A stretch of 32,000 bases of DNA from Allobaculum fili (GTDB lineage Bacteria > Bacillota_I > Bacilli_A > Erysipelotrichales > Erysipelotrichaceae): assembly GCF_020969955.1 (NCBI RefSeq), contig NZ_JAHDSX010000001.1:150001-182000 (forward strand). The letters are read 5' to 3'. The notes beneath the pieces were generated by a model that worked only from the letters and a program-made list of their open reading frames with translations, made no database searches and was not told where the DNA came from. Below are positions 15,044 to 23,612 of this stretch, piece after piece. Each line of letters opens with the position of its first letter. The stretch's first letter is position 1. The translations under genes and the position numbers were made by a program.

Positions 15044-16744
15044 ATGGTAAAAAAAGACCACCTAGCATATTTGAAAGTACTGATCAGCACGTGTCTGATG
15101 GTCGGTGCGAGCATCGGTCTGTGCTTTTATTCCGCCGGTGCGTTTTACAGCCCGCTTTCCGGCGGCCTGGGCATTTCCCTGGGTCAGGCTTCGGCCTCGA
15201 CGACCTGGATGCTCGTATTCATGGCGCTCAGCGCCCTGGCCGTCCCGTTTCTGCTGCGCAAGCTGCGGCTTCTGGACCTGCTTTTGATCGGTACCGCGCT
15301 TTGTGCCGGATCGGTTCTGATGATTGCCTTTTCCGTGAACGTGGCCTGGGTTTACATTTTCAGCGCCATTACCGGAATCGGCGCCGCGCTGATCGGCATG
15401 GTTCCGGCAAGTACGATCGTCCAGAACTGGTTTGTGAAGCATCGCGCCGGAGCGACATCGATCGCGCTGGCGGGATCGGCACTCGTGGCGGCGCTGTTTT
15501 CTTCCGTGTTCAGCTTTTCCATTTCCATGTTTGGCTGGCGCATGGGCTTCGTTCTGGAAGCTGTCCTCATTCTGGTGCTTATGCTTCCGGCGCTGCTCTG
15601 GAAAATTGATCTGACGCCGGCGCAGGCGGGCATGCAGCCGTATGGACATGAACAAGGCATTCCCGCAGAACCGGATGCGCGCAAGCTGTCCAACTCGGTT
15701 TTGTGGACATTCGCGCTGATCGCGATTCTGTCCGCCATTCTGATCGGTCTGCCGATGCACTTCTCTTCGCTGGCCGCCTCCATTGGCCGCACCACTTTGC
15801 TGGGGGCATCGATGCTGACGTATGCGATGCTTGGAAACCTCGTTTTCAAGCTGGTCGGCGGCTGGCTGTCCAACCGTCTGCAGCCGGTATGGACGATCGC
15901 CATTCTCGATCTCTGCTCGCTGATCGCTTCGATCGGCATTCTGATCTGCATTCTCAGCGGCGCAAGCGACGCCCTGTCCTGGCTGGCGTTCTTCCTTGGA
16001 AGCGTCTTTGCGTTAAGTGAACTTTCTCTGCCGCTGCTCGTTTCCGCCAATGCGGCACGCCGTCACTTCTCCGCGTTTTACGCCGTGCTCAACTGCCTTT
16101 CGACGATGACGACGGCTCTGTCGATCATGGTGATCGGCTACATGTATGACGGCCTGCACAGCTACGTATGGATGTACGTTCTGGCCATTGCAGCGGAAGT
16201 CCTGATTCTCTTCCTGCTCTGGCTGCTCATCCGCAGCGCGAAAAACGACGATCTGGTCACCAATGCGACAACCCGCTCGCTCGTTCTGAAGCTGCGTGAC
16301 TGGGAAAACAAATACCGCAGCGAACGTTCCCGCAAAGCGCAGGAACGCCGCCGCAAGGAAGAAGAACAGAAAGCGTATGACGAAGAAATGAAGCGTCAGG
16401 ATACGCCATCCGCCATGCGCGCGCATGTCGTGGCTTCTTCCATTGTCGTACCGTCCGAAAAGGAAACGGAAAAAGAAAACGCCCTCGAAGCCGAGCACGA
16501 AGCGAAAGAAGCTGCTGAAGTGAACCCGTTTGAAGAACCGGCCGACGCCAAAGAAAACGAACCGGTCGATGCCGAATACGTGGAACACGAAGGCGCAGCG
16601 CCGGACGAACATTCGCATACGGAAGACGAGGAAAAATCCAAACCGTCCGCCAAACCGGCAGACGAAAACGCTTCGGATCCCGCTACAGAGGAAAACGCAG
16701 CGCCTGCTGACGCTTCCAGATCCGAAGACGAAAAGAAAGACTAA
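15044..16744 (+). CDS. MFS transporter with a ~170-aa highly charged, low-complexity cytoplasmic C-terminal tail
   Basis: The first ~395 aa show a 12-TM-like profile. From nt ~16231 the sequence is IRSAKNDD...RKAQERRRKEEEQKAYDEEMKRQ...EKETEKENALEAEHEAKEAAE...SRSEDEKKD. Confidence 0.8.
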   Translation: MVKKDHLAYLKVLISTCLMVGASIGLCFYSAGAFYSPLSGGLGISLGQASASTTWMLVFMALSALAVPFLLRKLRLLDLLLIGTALCAGSVLMIAFSVNVAWVYIFSAITGIGAALIGMVPASTIVQNWFVKHRAGATSIALAGSALVAALFSSVFSFSISMFGWRMGFVLEAVLILVLMLPALLWKIDLTPAQAGMQPYGHEQGIPAEPDARKLSNSVLWTFALIAILSAILIGLPMHFSSLAASIGRTTLLGASMLTYAMLGNLVFKLVGGWLSNRLQPVWTIAILDLCSLIASIGILICILSGASDALSWLAFFLGSVFALSELSLPLLVSANAARRHFSAFYAVLNCLSTMTTALSIMVIGYMYDGLHSYVWMYVLAIAAEVLILFLLWLLIRSAKNDDLVTNATTRSLVLKLRDWENKYRSERSRKAQERRRKEEEQKAYDEEMKRQDTPSAMRAHVVASSIVVPSEKETEKENALEAEHEAKEAAEVNPFEEPADAKENEPVDAEYVEHEGAAPDEHSHTEDEEKSKPSAKPADENASDPATEENAAPADASRSEDEKKD

Positions 16745-16829
16745 GATTTCTCCGTTTTTAGTGGGGTAAGCGAAGACGAAGCGACTTTTCGTTCTTCTTT
16801 ACCAAGCAAAACGTTTTAGAAAAAACAAC

Positions 16830-16866
16830 AACGCCCTGGCTTGCCGCAAAGCCAGGGCGTTTTCAA
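16830..16866. terminator. Bidirectional intrinsic terminator between convergent genes
   Basis: aacgccctggctt (16830-16842) pairs with aagccagggcgtt (16849-16861). It is followed by ttcaatttc and preceded by aaaaaacaaca. Confidence 0.8.
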
Positions 16867-16973
16867 TTTCTGCAGTTCGGGTTACGCGAGGTAAACCCCT
16901 TCGGCAGAGGAAAAGCGATCCGCTTCCGGGATACGTTTGCCCGGACATGCGGATCGCTTTGTTATTTTGCGTA

Positions 16974-17594
16974 TTATTTCTCGCCCTCTTCGGGAAGAGG
17001 AACGGTGACGATGCAGCTTTCATAGGCGTTGATGACCGCAGTCTGATCGATCACATAGCGGCGGGGATAGTCGCCGTAATTGAGATGGATGTGGCCGTGA
17101 AAGAAAAACTGCGGATGGTAGCGTTCGATCAGCCGGCCAAAGCCTTCAAAGCCGGTATGACACGGATCCTTGCCGTCGTAATGGCCGGCAGCCGGGGCGT
17201 GGGTGACGAGAATATCAAATCCGCCATGTTTCCAGAAGAGCGGCCAGAGCTTGCGGATACGCCGGTCCATTTCCTTATTGGAATACTGATGCGGGCCGCC
17301 GTTGTAAAACATCGATCCGCCAAGGCCTAAAATGCGCAGGCCTTTCCAGACAAAGATTTTCTCGTCAATATCCACGCAGCCTAAAGGCGGATGGGAGGCG
17401 TAGCCGAGATCGTGGTTGCCTGGCACGTAAAGAACATAGCCGTCAAAGCGGTCGGCGATGAATTCAAGGTAGCTGGCGGGCAGATCACCGCAGGAAATGA
17501 TCAGATCGATTCCCTCAAACGTTTTCGGCGTCCACAGGCGGAAATACTGGGGAACGACTTCATCGGAAAGCAGAAGAATCTTGGCGGATTTCAT
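16974..17594 (-). CDS. Metallophosphoesterase (calcineurin-like phosphoesterase superfamily), 206 aa
   Basis: Motifs: ILLLSDE (the first His is absent), SCGDLPASY (GD), VPGNHD (GNHD), ILVTHAP and FFFHGHIH (GHxH). Its start overlaps the upstream gene's stop (ATGA at 17591-17594). Confidence 0.8.
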   Translation of the reverse strand: MKSAKILLLSDEVVPQYFRLWTPKTFEGIDLIISCGDLPASYLEFIADRFDGYVLYVPGNHDLGYASHPPLGCVDIDEKIFVWKGLRILGLGGSMFYNGGPHQYSNKEMDRRIRKLWPLFWKHGGFDILVTHAPAAGHYDGKDPCHTGFEGFGRLIERYHPQFFFHGHIHLNYGDYPRRYVIDQTAVINAYESCIVTVPLPEEGEK

Positions 17595-19615
17595 GAGCGA
17601 TCCGGGCTTTCCTGAAGGGAGCTCTTCCTGGCGTCGTTCGAACGATCCGGATTCTGGACATCCTCTCTGTTTTCAGCCGCTTCCGGATGGGCCTGCGCCT
17701 TGCTTTCAGAACTGTCGGCTTCCTCCAGATCCAGGCCGTGCAGGGTGACGAGCTTTTCGGCTTCGGGCATCAGATTGTCTTCATCGGGCAGATAGCCGAT
17801 AACGCCGTCCACAAACCAGTCCATATGCGCGATTTCTTCCATGCTTAGCGACTGGAGGCGATCGCGCTCGGAGGGCACGCAGGCGAGATCTTCAAAGACG
17901 AAGAAGCGCTGATCGGCAATATCGTCGCGGATCTGGCTGATCAGTCTTCGCGTCTGCAGAGGCAGATGATCGGAAAACTGAATGTCCATCAGGCCGTTGG
18001 AAAGGCCGAGCCAGTAGTTGATGGACGGGGTGTTGTGATGAATCTCGTCGCTGCGGTACGTGCGGTTGAGAATGGAATAAATGATGCGGGTGTAAAAGAC
18101 GTCCCACTTCTGAGCGACTGAAGAAATTTTGCAGAACTGGCCGCTGCGCACGTCGAACAGGCCAAACTGACGGCCGGAGCGGCTGCGCAGATCGAAATCC
18201 TGACCGCCGATGAAGATCAGGTCGATATCCATCGGAAATTCCCGGTTGGTCGCCGAATGGGTGGTGGACCAGTCGAGATACACTTTTGCATCGCTGCGCA
18301 CCGCTCTGGCTCCGAGCGCGAAGGCGTTGATGTCGGCGATGGCGCCGAAAATCGGGTAGTCGGCAATGTAGCCCAGACGGCCGTATGTGGAAAGGGCGCC
18401 GGCGGCCATTCCTTGCAAGTACTGGATTTCATAGCCGCGGGTGTAGTACGACCGAACGGCTGTGTTTTCCGGATTGAGCGAGCAGTTCAGGAACTTGATC
18501 TGGGGATAGCGGGCCGCAAACGCGTTGGTTTCCGGAAGTTCAATCGGATGGCTCGTAAAGACGACGTTCGCACCCCAGCTGACCGCTTCGCTCAGCGCGT
18601 CTTCGATTTCATAAGCCGTATTGACGTCGTTCCATATGCGGATGATGACTTTGTCGCCCAGCGTTCGCGCCATTTTTTCAAAGGCTTCTTCGTGGGCTCT
18701 GGCCCAGACGCTGTTTTGCGGATCGCCGGGCTGAATGAGCGCGGCTTTGACCGGCTCGCTTAAAAAGGAAAGAATCGGCTTTCGCTCCGATACATCGCTG
18801 GCGGTGAGCAGGGCGGCTTTCAGGCCGTGCGGATATAACTCGATGGCGGGAAGCAGTACGTCAAATTCCTTTTCCATTTCCGCGTGCGTCTGAACGCGGG
18901 AGACGTCGCTTCCAAATACTTCGAGAAAGAGCAGGAAGGCATCCGAGGCGGTCGCTTTGGTCCGCTCAGGAGCCCGTTGAACAAAAATACCTTCAAACTG
19001 CGCGTACAGGGCAAGCAGATCGTCCCGGCGCTGAGCGGAAAGCGGGTGGGACTCGCTGACATCGAGCAGCTTGAGCAGCTTTCGATAGTTGCGCTTGCGG
19101 CTCATGAGCAGCGTGGAAATCCCGGTCAGTTTTCGAAACTGAAGATACGCCTCATACAGGTCGCCGTCTTCCATCCCTTTGGGATCGAGAATCAGCTCGG
19201 TAATGCGCGCCCGGATCAGCGGATTGCCCAGGGCTTTTGTGACGGAAACGCGCTTGTTGCCTTCTTCGACAAAAAAGCGGCCGTACACTTCGTAAACCGT
19301 AATGGGATCGCGAAGGCCTTCTTCCATGGCGCTCGTATACAGATTCATCCACTTCGCCGCAAATTCGCTGTTTTCTGCCAGAAGCGGCATGAAATTAAAC
19401 GCGAACGCTTCGGTACGGCTGGCATGGACGGTACCGACGATATGGCTGACCTGAATTTCGTGCTCGTGCAGTACCTGGCGCGAGACGACCTGGAAATTTT
19501 TGAGATACGGATCGAGTACGGGCAGCGTCGGATCCAGACCGGCTTCTTCGCGCCGGGCGGTTTCGGCCAGCGCAGACTTGCGGGTGCGGGCATAGGCTTC
19601 GGATGCAGCGGACAT
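17591..19615 (-). CDS. Cytoplasmic fusion protein (674 aa): ParB/Srx-like N-terminal domain plus a BMP-family (PnrA/Med-type periplasmic-binding-protein fold) domain
   Basis: I place the start at ATG 19615 because GAGGTG lies 5 nt upstream; the track's 19855 start adds 80 implausible residues. The ParB/Srx-like segment is PITVYEVYGRFFVEEGNKRVSVTKALG (nt ~19211-19462). The BMP-like region is VKAALIQPGDPQNSVWARAHEEAFEKM...VVFTSHP...YEIQYLQGMAAGALSTYGRLGYIADYPIFGAIADINAFALGA (nt ~17771-18754). There is no signal peptide or lipobox. Confidence 0.65.
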   Translation of the reverse strand: MSAASEAYARTRKSALAETARREEAGLDPTLPVLDPYLKNFQVVSRQVLHEHEIQVSHIVGTVHASRTEAFAFNFMPLLAENSEFAAKWMNLYTSAMEEGLRDPITVYEVYGRFFVEEGNKRVSVTKALGNPLIRARITELILDPKGMEDGDLYEAYLQFRKLTGISTLLMSRKRNYRKLLKLLDVSESHPLSAQRRDDLLALYAQFEGIFVQRAPERTKATASDAFLLFLEVFGSDVSRVQTHAEMEKEFDVLLPAIELYPHGLKAALLTASDVSERKPILSFLSEPVKAALIQPGDPQNSVWARAHEEAFEKMARTLGDKVIIRIWNDVNTAYEIEDALSEAVSWGANVVFTSHPIELPETNAFAARYPQIKFLNCSLNPENTAVRSYYTRGYEIQYLQGMAAGALSTYGRLGYIADYPIFGAIADINAFALGARAVRSDAKVYLDWSTTHSATNREFPMDIDLIFIGGQDFDLRSRSGRQFGLFDVRSGQFCKISSVAQKWDVFYTRIIYSILNRTYRSDEIHHNTPSINYWLGLSNGLMDIQFSDHLPLQTRRLISQIRDDIADQRFFVFEDLACVPSERDRLQSLSMEEIAHMDWFVDGVIGYLPDEDNLMPEAEKLVTLHGLDLEEADSSESKAQAHPEAAENREDVQNPDRSNDARKSSLQESPDRS

Positions 19616-20082
19616 AAAATCACCTCGTTTAAATCGTACCGTGTTTTTTCCGGCCGCCCGAAGCGGACGCCTGAGCGAAACTTCTGCCGGTCGATATCCC
19701 TTCCAGAACAGGCGGGTCCCGATTATGGACTTTAGGACTAGGAATCTGACCAAAGGGGACAGACAAGCATCCACTCTGGACGCCTTGTTCATATTCCAGG
19801 GCAAACCTTCTAAAATAAGGGGTGCAAAGAAGGATAGAAGCCGGCGGCTGCACATGACGAGATCAGCCCAACGCTTCCTGTCCGACCATTTTTAGTACCG
19901 GAAACTGCCGGTCCATTTTCCGCGCACGCTTTGACCATCAAAAAAGCCAGACAATCGCATCGCGTTTCATTTTTTATTCATCCAAATCCAATAGGCTGAA
20001 AGGGTCAAAACCAGAACAATTTCGCGCGGCCTGCCCGATACGGGAACACTTGAAAATCTAAAAAGAAAAGAGGTTGGAAACC

Positions 20083-20583
20083 ATGAATCTTTCACGAGAG
20101 GAAATGGATCTGCTTGGGAAGCTGATCGGCCGTAAGGCGGAGCGCATCATCATGCCGACGCCGAAGGATTCGCTGACCAAGCCGGTTGAAATCGTGCTGG
20201 TTCTGTCACGCAACCGGGGAGTCCTGATTGACTCCTGCTACCGAACACAAAGGGCTGTGGAAACGCCGGAGGGCTATCCGCAGATGAGGGTGAGAATGAT
20301 TAATAAAATTCCAGAGTATGTGAACGGCGACACCATCGAACTGTCTGAGTTTGGCGGGGAAATTATCGCTTCGATTGAGGTGACCAGTGAAAACGTGCTG
20401 ACCTCGACGGAGCAGGCCACGTATACGAAGGCAGTTCACATCGAATTTACCGGACAGCGCGAAGTGACGATTACGCGGGAAACTTACCGGACTCCTTCGC
20501 TGGACGTTTACGAAGAGCGCCGCGAGCCGGCATTCAATTATGAACCGAACGCGAGCATCACAACGACTGTCCACAGTTTCTGA
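20083..20583 (+). CDS. Hypothetical protein (166 aa) with no recognisable family
   Basis: AGAGG lies 9 nt before ATG 20083; the track uses TTG 20074. The sequence is soluble and beta-rich in appearance (VEIVLVLS, GGEIIASIEVTSENVL, AVHIEFTGQREVTITRETY). Confidence 0.55.
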   Translation: MNLSREEMDLLGKLIGRKAERIIMPTPKDSLTKPVEIVLVLSRNRGVLIDSCYRTQRAVETPEGYPQMRVRMINKIPEYVNGDTIELSEFGGEIIASIEVTSENVLTSTEQATYTKAVHIEFTGQREVTITRETYRTPSLDVYEERREPAFNYEPNASITTTVHSF

Positions 20584-20610
20584 TAAAAATCAATAAGAAG
20601 AAATAAAATA

Positions 20611-20712
20611 GCGGGTTTTAGTCAGTTTATAAAGGGCTTTCAATCTAAAAAGGTAAAATAAACTACCAGAAAGTTGAAAGCGCTTATAATAAAACATTGA
20701 CTTAAAACCCGC
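20611..20712. repeat. Long imperfect inverted repeat (arms ~33-39 nt, ~30-nt loop) in AT-rich DNA after the hypothetical gene
   Basis: The 5' arm gcgggttttagtcagtttataaagggctttcaa (20611-20643) pairs with the 3' arm ttgaaagcgcttataataaaacattgacttaaaacccgc (20674-20712). The outer 10-14 bp and inner 8 bp pair well; the middle is imperfect. Confidence 0.6.
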
Positions 20713-20725
20713 ATTTTCTTATACT
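20697..20725 (+). promoter_or_regulatory. Near-consensus sigma-70-type promoter with no annotated gene downstream
   Basis: TTGACT (20697-20702), a 17-nt spacer, then TATACT (20720-20725). Each hexamer matches the consensus at 5 of 6 positions, and the spacing is optimal. Confidence 0.5.
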
Positions 20726-20920
20726 TTCAGTGTACTTTGGGTCTGCGTTGGGGGACGCGGTGCAGGGTACGGTGTTTATAAGGGCGAGACGTGACCATAA
20801 TTGCTTTTGTTCGATCGATGTGTTCTATAATTTTCAACTCTAATACCTTCTGATGTTCCAAACCATACATACCGTCCTTGTAAAACAGGCTGTTCTCTGC
20901 CTGCATAAAAAAAGTGAACG

Positions 20921-20946
20921 TGGAGCCTTCGGGCTCCATTTTTTTT
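20921..20946. terminator. Strong intrinsic terminator on the plus strand; usable in both directions
   Basis: tggagcc (20921-20927), loop ttcg, ggctcca (20932-20938), then eight T (20939-20946). The hairpin is preceded by ataaaaaaag. Confidence 0.75.
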
Positions 20947-21118
20947 ATACATCGATAAAAGCGAGCCATTCCAGGTATCTTCAGAAACTCTGAGTTTCGA
21001 AAACGATGACGCAGGAAAGAAGCCTTTGGACAGGAATTCCGTTTTCCGGACAGACGGCTCTAAGAGCCCGTCACCACAAGACGCCGAAAAATGGAAAGAC
21101 ATCATCCAGTCCGCCGCA

Positions 21119-21170
21119 TAAAAAGAAAACCAGAGATCGCTCGTTTAAAACGGAACGGTTTTCCTCTGGT
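21119..21170 (-). terminator. Intrinsic terminator downstream of the lipoprotein gene
   Basis: accagag pairs with ctctggt (21128-21134 with 21163-21169). On the minus strand it is followed by TTTTCTTTTTAT. Confidence 0.5.
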
Positions 21171-21222
21171 CTGAAATCTGAAAACTATTCATTCGTTTCT
21201 GCCGCAGCGGCTGAACAGGCAG

Positions 21223-22041
21223 CTACTCGCTGACTTTCCCGTCGACGACATCCCACAGATCGGATATATCTCCATTCTCATGGAAAAACAGAGGCTGAAC
21301 GCTGGGCGCATCGATAGCTGGATAAACGACCGTGCCGTCTTCGGCAATACCGTAGCTTTTTGCAACCTGAGATTCTGCCTTTAAAAAGGCTTCATCGTTT
21401 TTGAACGTGGTTTCATTAACGCCAAGGGTTACATAGAGGGTGGACGGAGTGTATTCGTACAGCATGGTCATAAGCAGTCCATCGTTTGCTTTTGCGCCAT
21501 ACGCGGTTGTTCCGTTATCGGAGCTTAAATTGGCCAGGTACGTCTCATACCGGTTGAAAGTATCCTGCGTCAGCTCATCCATGGAAGGATATCCTCCGTA
21601 AGCGGAAACCAGCGATCCCATAATCTTTCCGCCCAGCTCCGTGGTTTCAGAACTGTCATCGATTCCGTTTCTTGAGCGGATATGGATGTCGAGGGAACGG
21701 TAAGCATCATCCGAAAATTCGACAACGAGATTTTTGTTTAAAACATAGCAGGTTTCATCTCCCAGAGCGGACTTCATGACTCTGACTTTTCCATCGGCGC
21801 TGGTGATGTATTCGGAAAACTCCGTGTTCAAAATGTCTTCGATATCCCGATTTGCGTATTCAAATCGATACAAACCGTCCTTGTTGAAATGCCCGTATAC
21901 GGTTTTTTCTTTCTTCCCTTGAGCGGTCGCCGGCGCATTGGATGATTCACTCCCGCTCGGTTTAGCGCATCCTGTCAGGGTGAGAGAACTCATCCCGATG
22001 GAAACGGCAGTGAACAGGAAGAGCAGCTTGGATTTTTTCAT
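21223..22041 (-). CDS. Lipoprotein (272 aa from Met 22041), function unknown
   Basis: MKKSKLLFLFTAVSIGMSSLTLTGCAKPSGSES is a classical signal peptide with an L-T-G-C lipobox. The track start at GTG 22089 adds 16 residues. Neither start has a good RBS. Confidence 0.7.
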   Translation of the reverse strand: MKKSKLLFLFTAVSIGMSSLTLTGCAKPSGSESSNAPATAQGKKEKTVYGHFNKDGLYRFEYANRDIEDILNTEFSEYITSADGKVRVMKSALGDETCYVLNKNLVVEFSDDAYRSLDIHIRSRNGIDDSSETTELGGKIMGSLVSAYGGYPSMDELTQDTFNRYETYLANLSSDNGTTAYGAKANDGLLMTMLYEYTPSTLYVTLGVNETTFKNDEAFLKAESQVAKSYGIAEDGTVVYPAIDAPSVQPLFFHENGDISDLWDVVDGKVSE

Positions 22042-22544
22042 TTTCTTTTTTTGCAGCGGCAAGTATGGAAATCCAGATGTACGATTCACGCTTTGCGCGG
22101 ATACTCCTCAGTATGGATCTGCATGATCGCATCCCATCATAGGGAGTATCCCTTCGATTTCCGGGGATTCTCGCTCTGCTTTTCTCCTTTTTTATTCAAT
22201 TGTTTTTATTTCGTGGATTGGGGATCGCTGTAACCAGACATCTGGAGTTCCAGTCTCTTTTTTCATCTTCTGAAGGTTCAGAGGATGCGGAGTGTTTCTG
22301 AATACGGATTTTTCCGTTCTGTTAAGAAGCCTTTTTCCCTTCACCGGCATTTTTTACAGCAGCATCCTGCGCGCTCTCGAGTTTATTTTGTTCACAGCTG
22401 CGGTTATATTTATCGATCCCGGTTTTTATCAGTGTATACCAGGTGTCCGACCTGCCAAAGAAACGTACTGTTTTTTAAAACCAGACATCTGATCTGGATC
22501 AAAATGGTCACAAAATCCGATCCAGACCAGGATCTTCCCAAAAC

Positions 22545-22590
22545 GGGAAACGCAAAACCCCCGAAGCGCTCTGTATGGACGCTTCGGGGG
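22545..22590 (-). terminator. Intrinsic terminator downstream of kdpE
   Basis: ccccgaagcg pairs with cgcttcgggg (22559-22590). On the minus strand it is followed by GTTTTGCGTTTCCCGTTTT. Confidence 0.65.
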
Positions 22591-22659
22591 TATGAAGTTT
22601 TGAATGGGATCTATCCGTTTCAAGCCTGAGCTGGAAACGGGAAAGAAAATTGGATCGTC

Positions 22660-23364
22660 TTATTCCACTTTCATCATGCGGTAGCCGACGCCGATGTGGG
22701 TCTGGATGAAATGCGGACCCCCGGATCCGGATTTGGAATCGAGCTTCTTGCGCAGGGTGGCCATGAAGACGCGCAGGGAGGCGATTTCGTTATCGGAATT
22801 CGAACCCCAGATCTGCTGCGTGATGTAGTTGTGGGTCAGAACGCGGCCGACGTTTTTGGAAAGCAGCGTCAGGAGCTTGAATTCGATCGGGGTCAGGTGC
22901 ACTTCGTTGCCGTTGATCGTGACCTGATTGGATGCGTAGTCAATGCGAAGCGGACCGTTGGTGAATACCGAGGTCGATACGGAAGACTGCGGCTGGTTGG
23001 AAAGATGGCGTTCAACAACGCGCAGTCTAGCCAGCAGTTCCACAATGGAAAACGGTTTGGTCAGATAATCGTCTGCGCCCGCATCGAGCGCGGCGATTTT
23101 ATCTTCGTCATCGGTACGTGCGGAAATGACAACGATCGGGACATTCGACCAGGTACGAACTTTGCGGATAATATCGACGCCGTCCATATCCGGAAGACCC
23201 AGATCCAGGAAAATAGCATCGGGATTGTGTGTGGAGGCTTCCAGAATAGCGGTTTTGCCGTCGGGAGCCATCAGATACTTATAGTTATGCGACTTTAAAG
23301 TGGTACCAATCAGGTTGCGAATGGAATTGTCATCTTCGACGACCAGAACAGTTGTTGTATTCAT
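22660..23364 (-). CDS. kdpE: OmpR-family response regulator, KdpE-type
   Basis: The receiver domain VLVVEDDNSIRN...LDLGLPDMDGVDIIRKVRTWSNVPIVVISARTDDEDKIAALDAGADDYLTKPFSIVELLARLRVVERHL closely parallels E. coli KdpE as I recall it. A winged-helix C-terminus follows (IQTHIGVGYRM). I place the start at ATG 23364 (MNTTTVLVV); the track's 23415 start adds 17 residues. Confidence 0.85.
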   Translation of the reverse strand: MNTTTVLVVEDDNSIRNLIGTTLKSHNYKYLMAPDGKTAILEASTHNPDAIFLDLGLPDMDGVDIIRKVRTWSNVPIVVISARTDDEDKIAALDAGADDYLTKPFSIVELLARLRVVERHLSNQPQSSVSTSVFTNGPLRIDYASNQVTINGNEVHLTPIEFKLLTLLSKNVGRVLTHNYITQQIWGSNSDNEIASLRVFMATLRKKLDSKSGSGGPHFIQTHIGVGYRMMKVE

Positions 23365-23612
23365 AAGAGAATTACGTCTCCTTCCAGCGAATGGGATAAA
23401 GATACAGATTTGCACGATCTGCGCGACGGGGAAAATTTCCGTCTTTGGGATATGGAAATTTCGTATGAATCCACGCAGATATGCCTACATAAGTATAACA
23501 GATTGACCGGCGCCGCTGAATGAGGGGCAAGGCTGCCGGCGTGTTTGTTTTCGCAAAACGGCCGGAATGATCCGGGTTCAGACCCAGTCGAAGCGGGTAT
23601 ACGGCAGTGATG

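Noticed and set aside
19616-19855. An 80-residue N-terminal extension of the ParB/BMP ORF as given in the track (start 19855). A similar 40-residue extension is at 27502-27621.
   Set aside because: The extensions have odd composition and no RBS, whereas the internal ATGs at 19615 and 27622 are preceded by GAGGTG and AAGGAGG at ideal spacing.
19616-20082. A long (~460 nt) region upstream of the ParB/BMP gene. The segment ...cataatcgggacc...gggatatcgaccggcagaagtttcgc... vaguely recalls a purine riboswitch (UAUAAUCGCGUGGAUAUGGCACGCAAGUUUCUACC), and ccgcctg recalls ZTP.
   Set aside because: I could not build the P1/P2/P3 three-way junction or the conserved loop-loop residues. The ZTP 3' element CCGCCUGGG is not present, and there is no terminator or anti-terminator pair. 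The resemblance is too weak to call; an Infernal/Rfam scan would settle it.
20735-20775. The GGGGGACGCGGTGCAGGG start of the orphan transcript looked superficially like a tmRNA 5' end. I also considered 6S RNA.
   Set aside because: It has no GGxUUCGAC acceptor/T-arm-like continuation, no tag reading frame and no 3' T-arm with CCA-type end. At ~215 nt it is too short for tmRNA. I could not find the long closing helix plus central bubble expected of 6S RNA.
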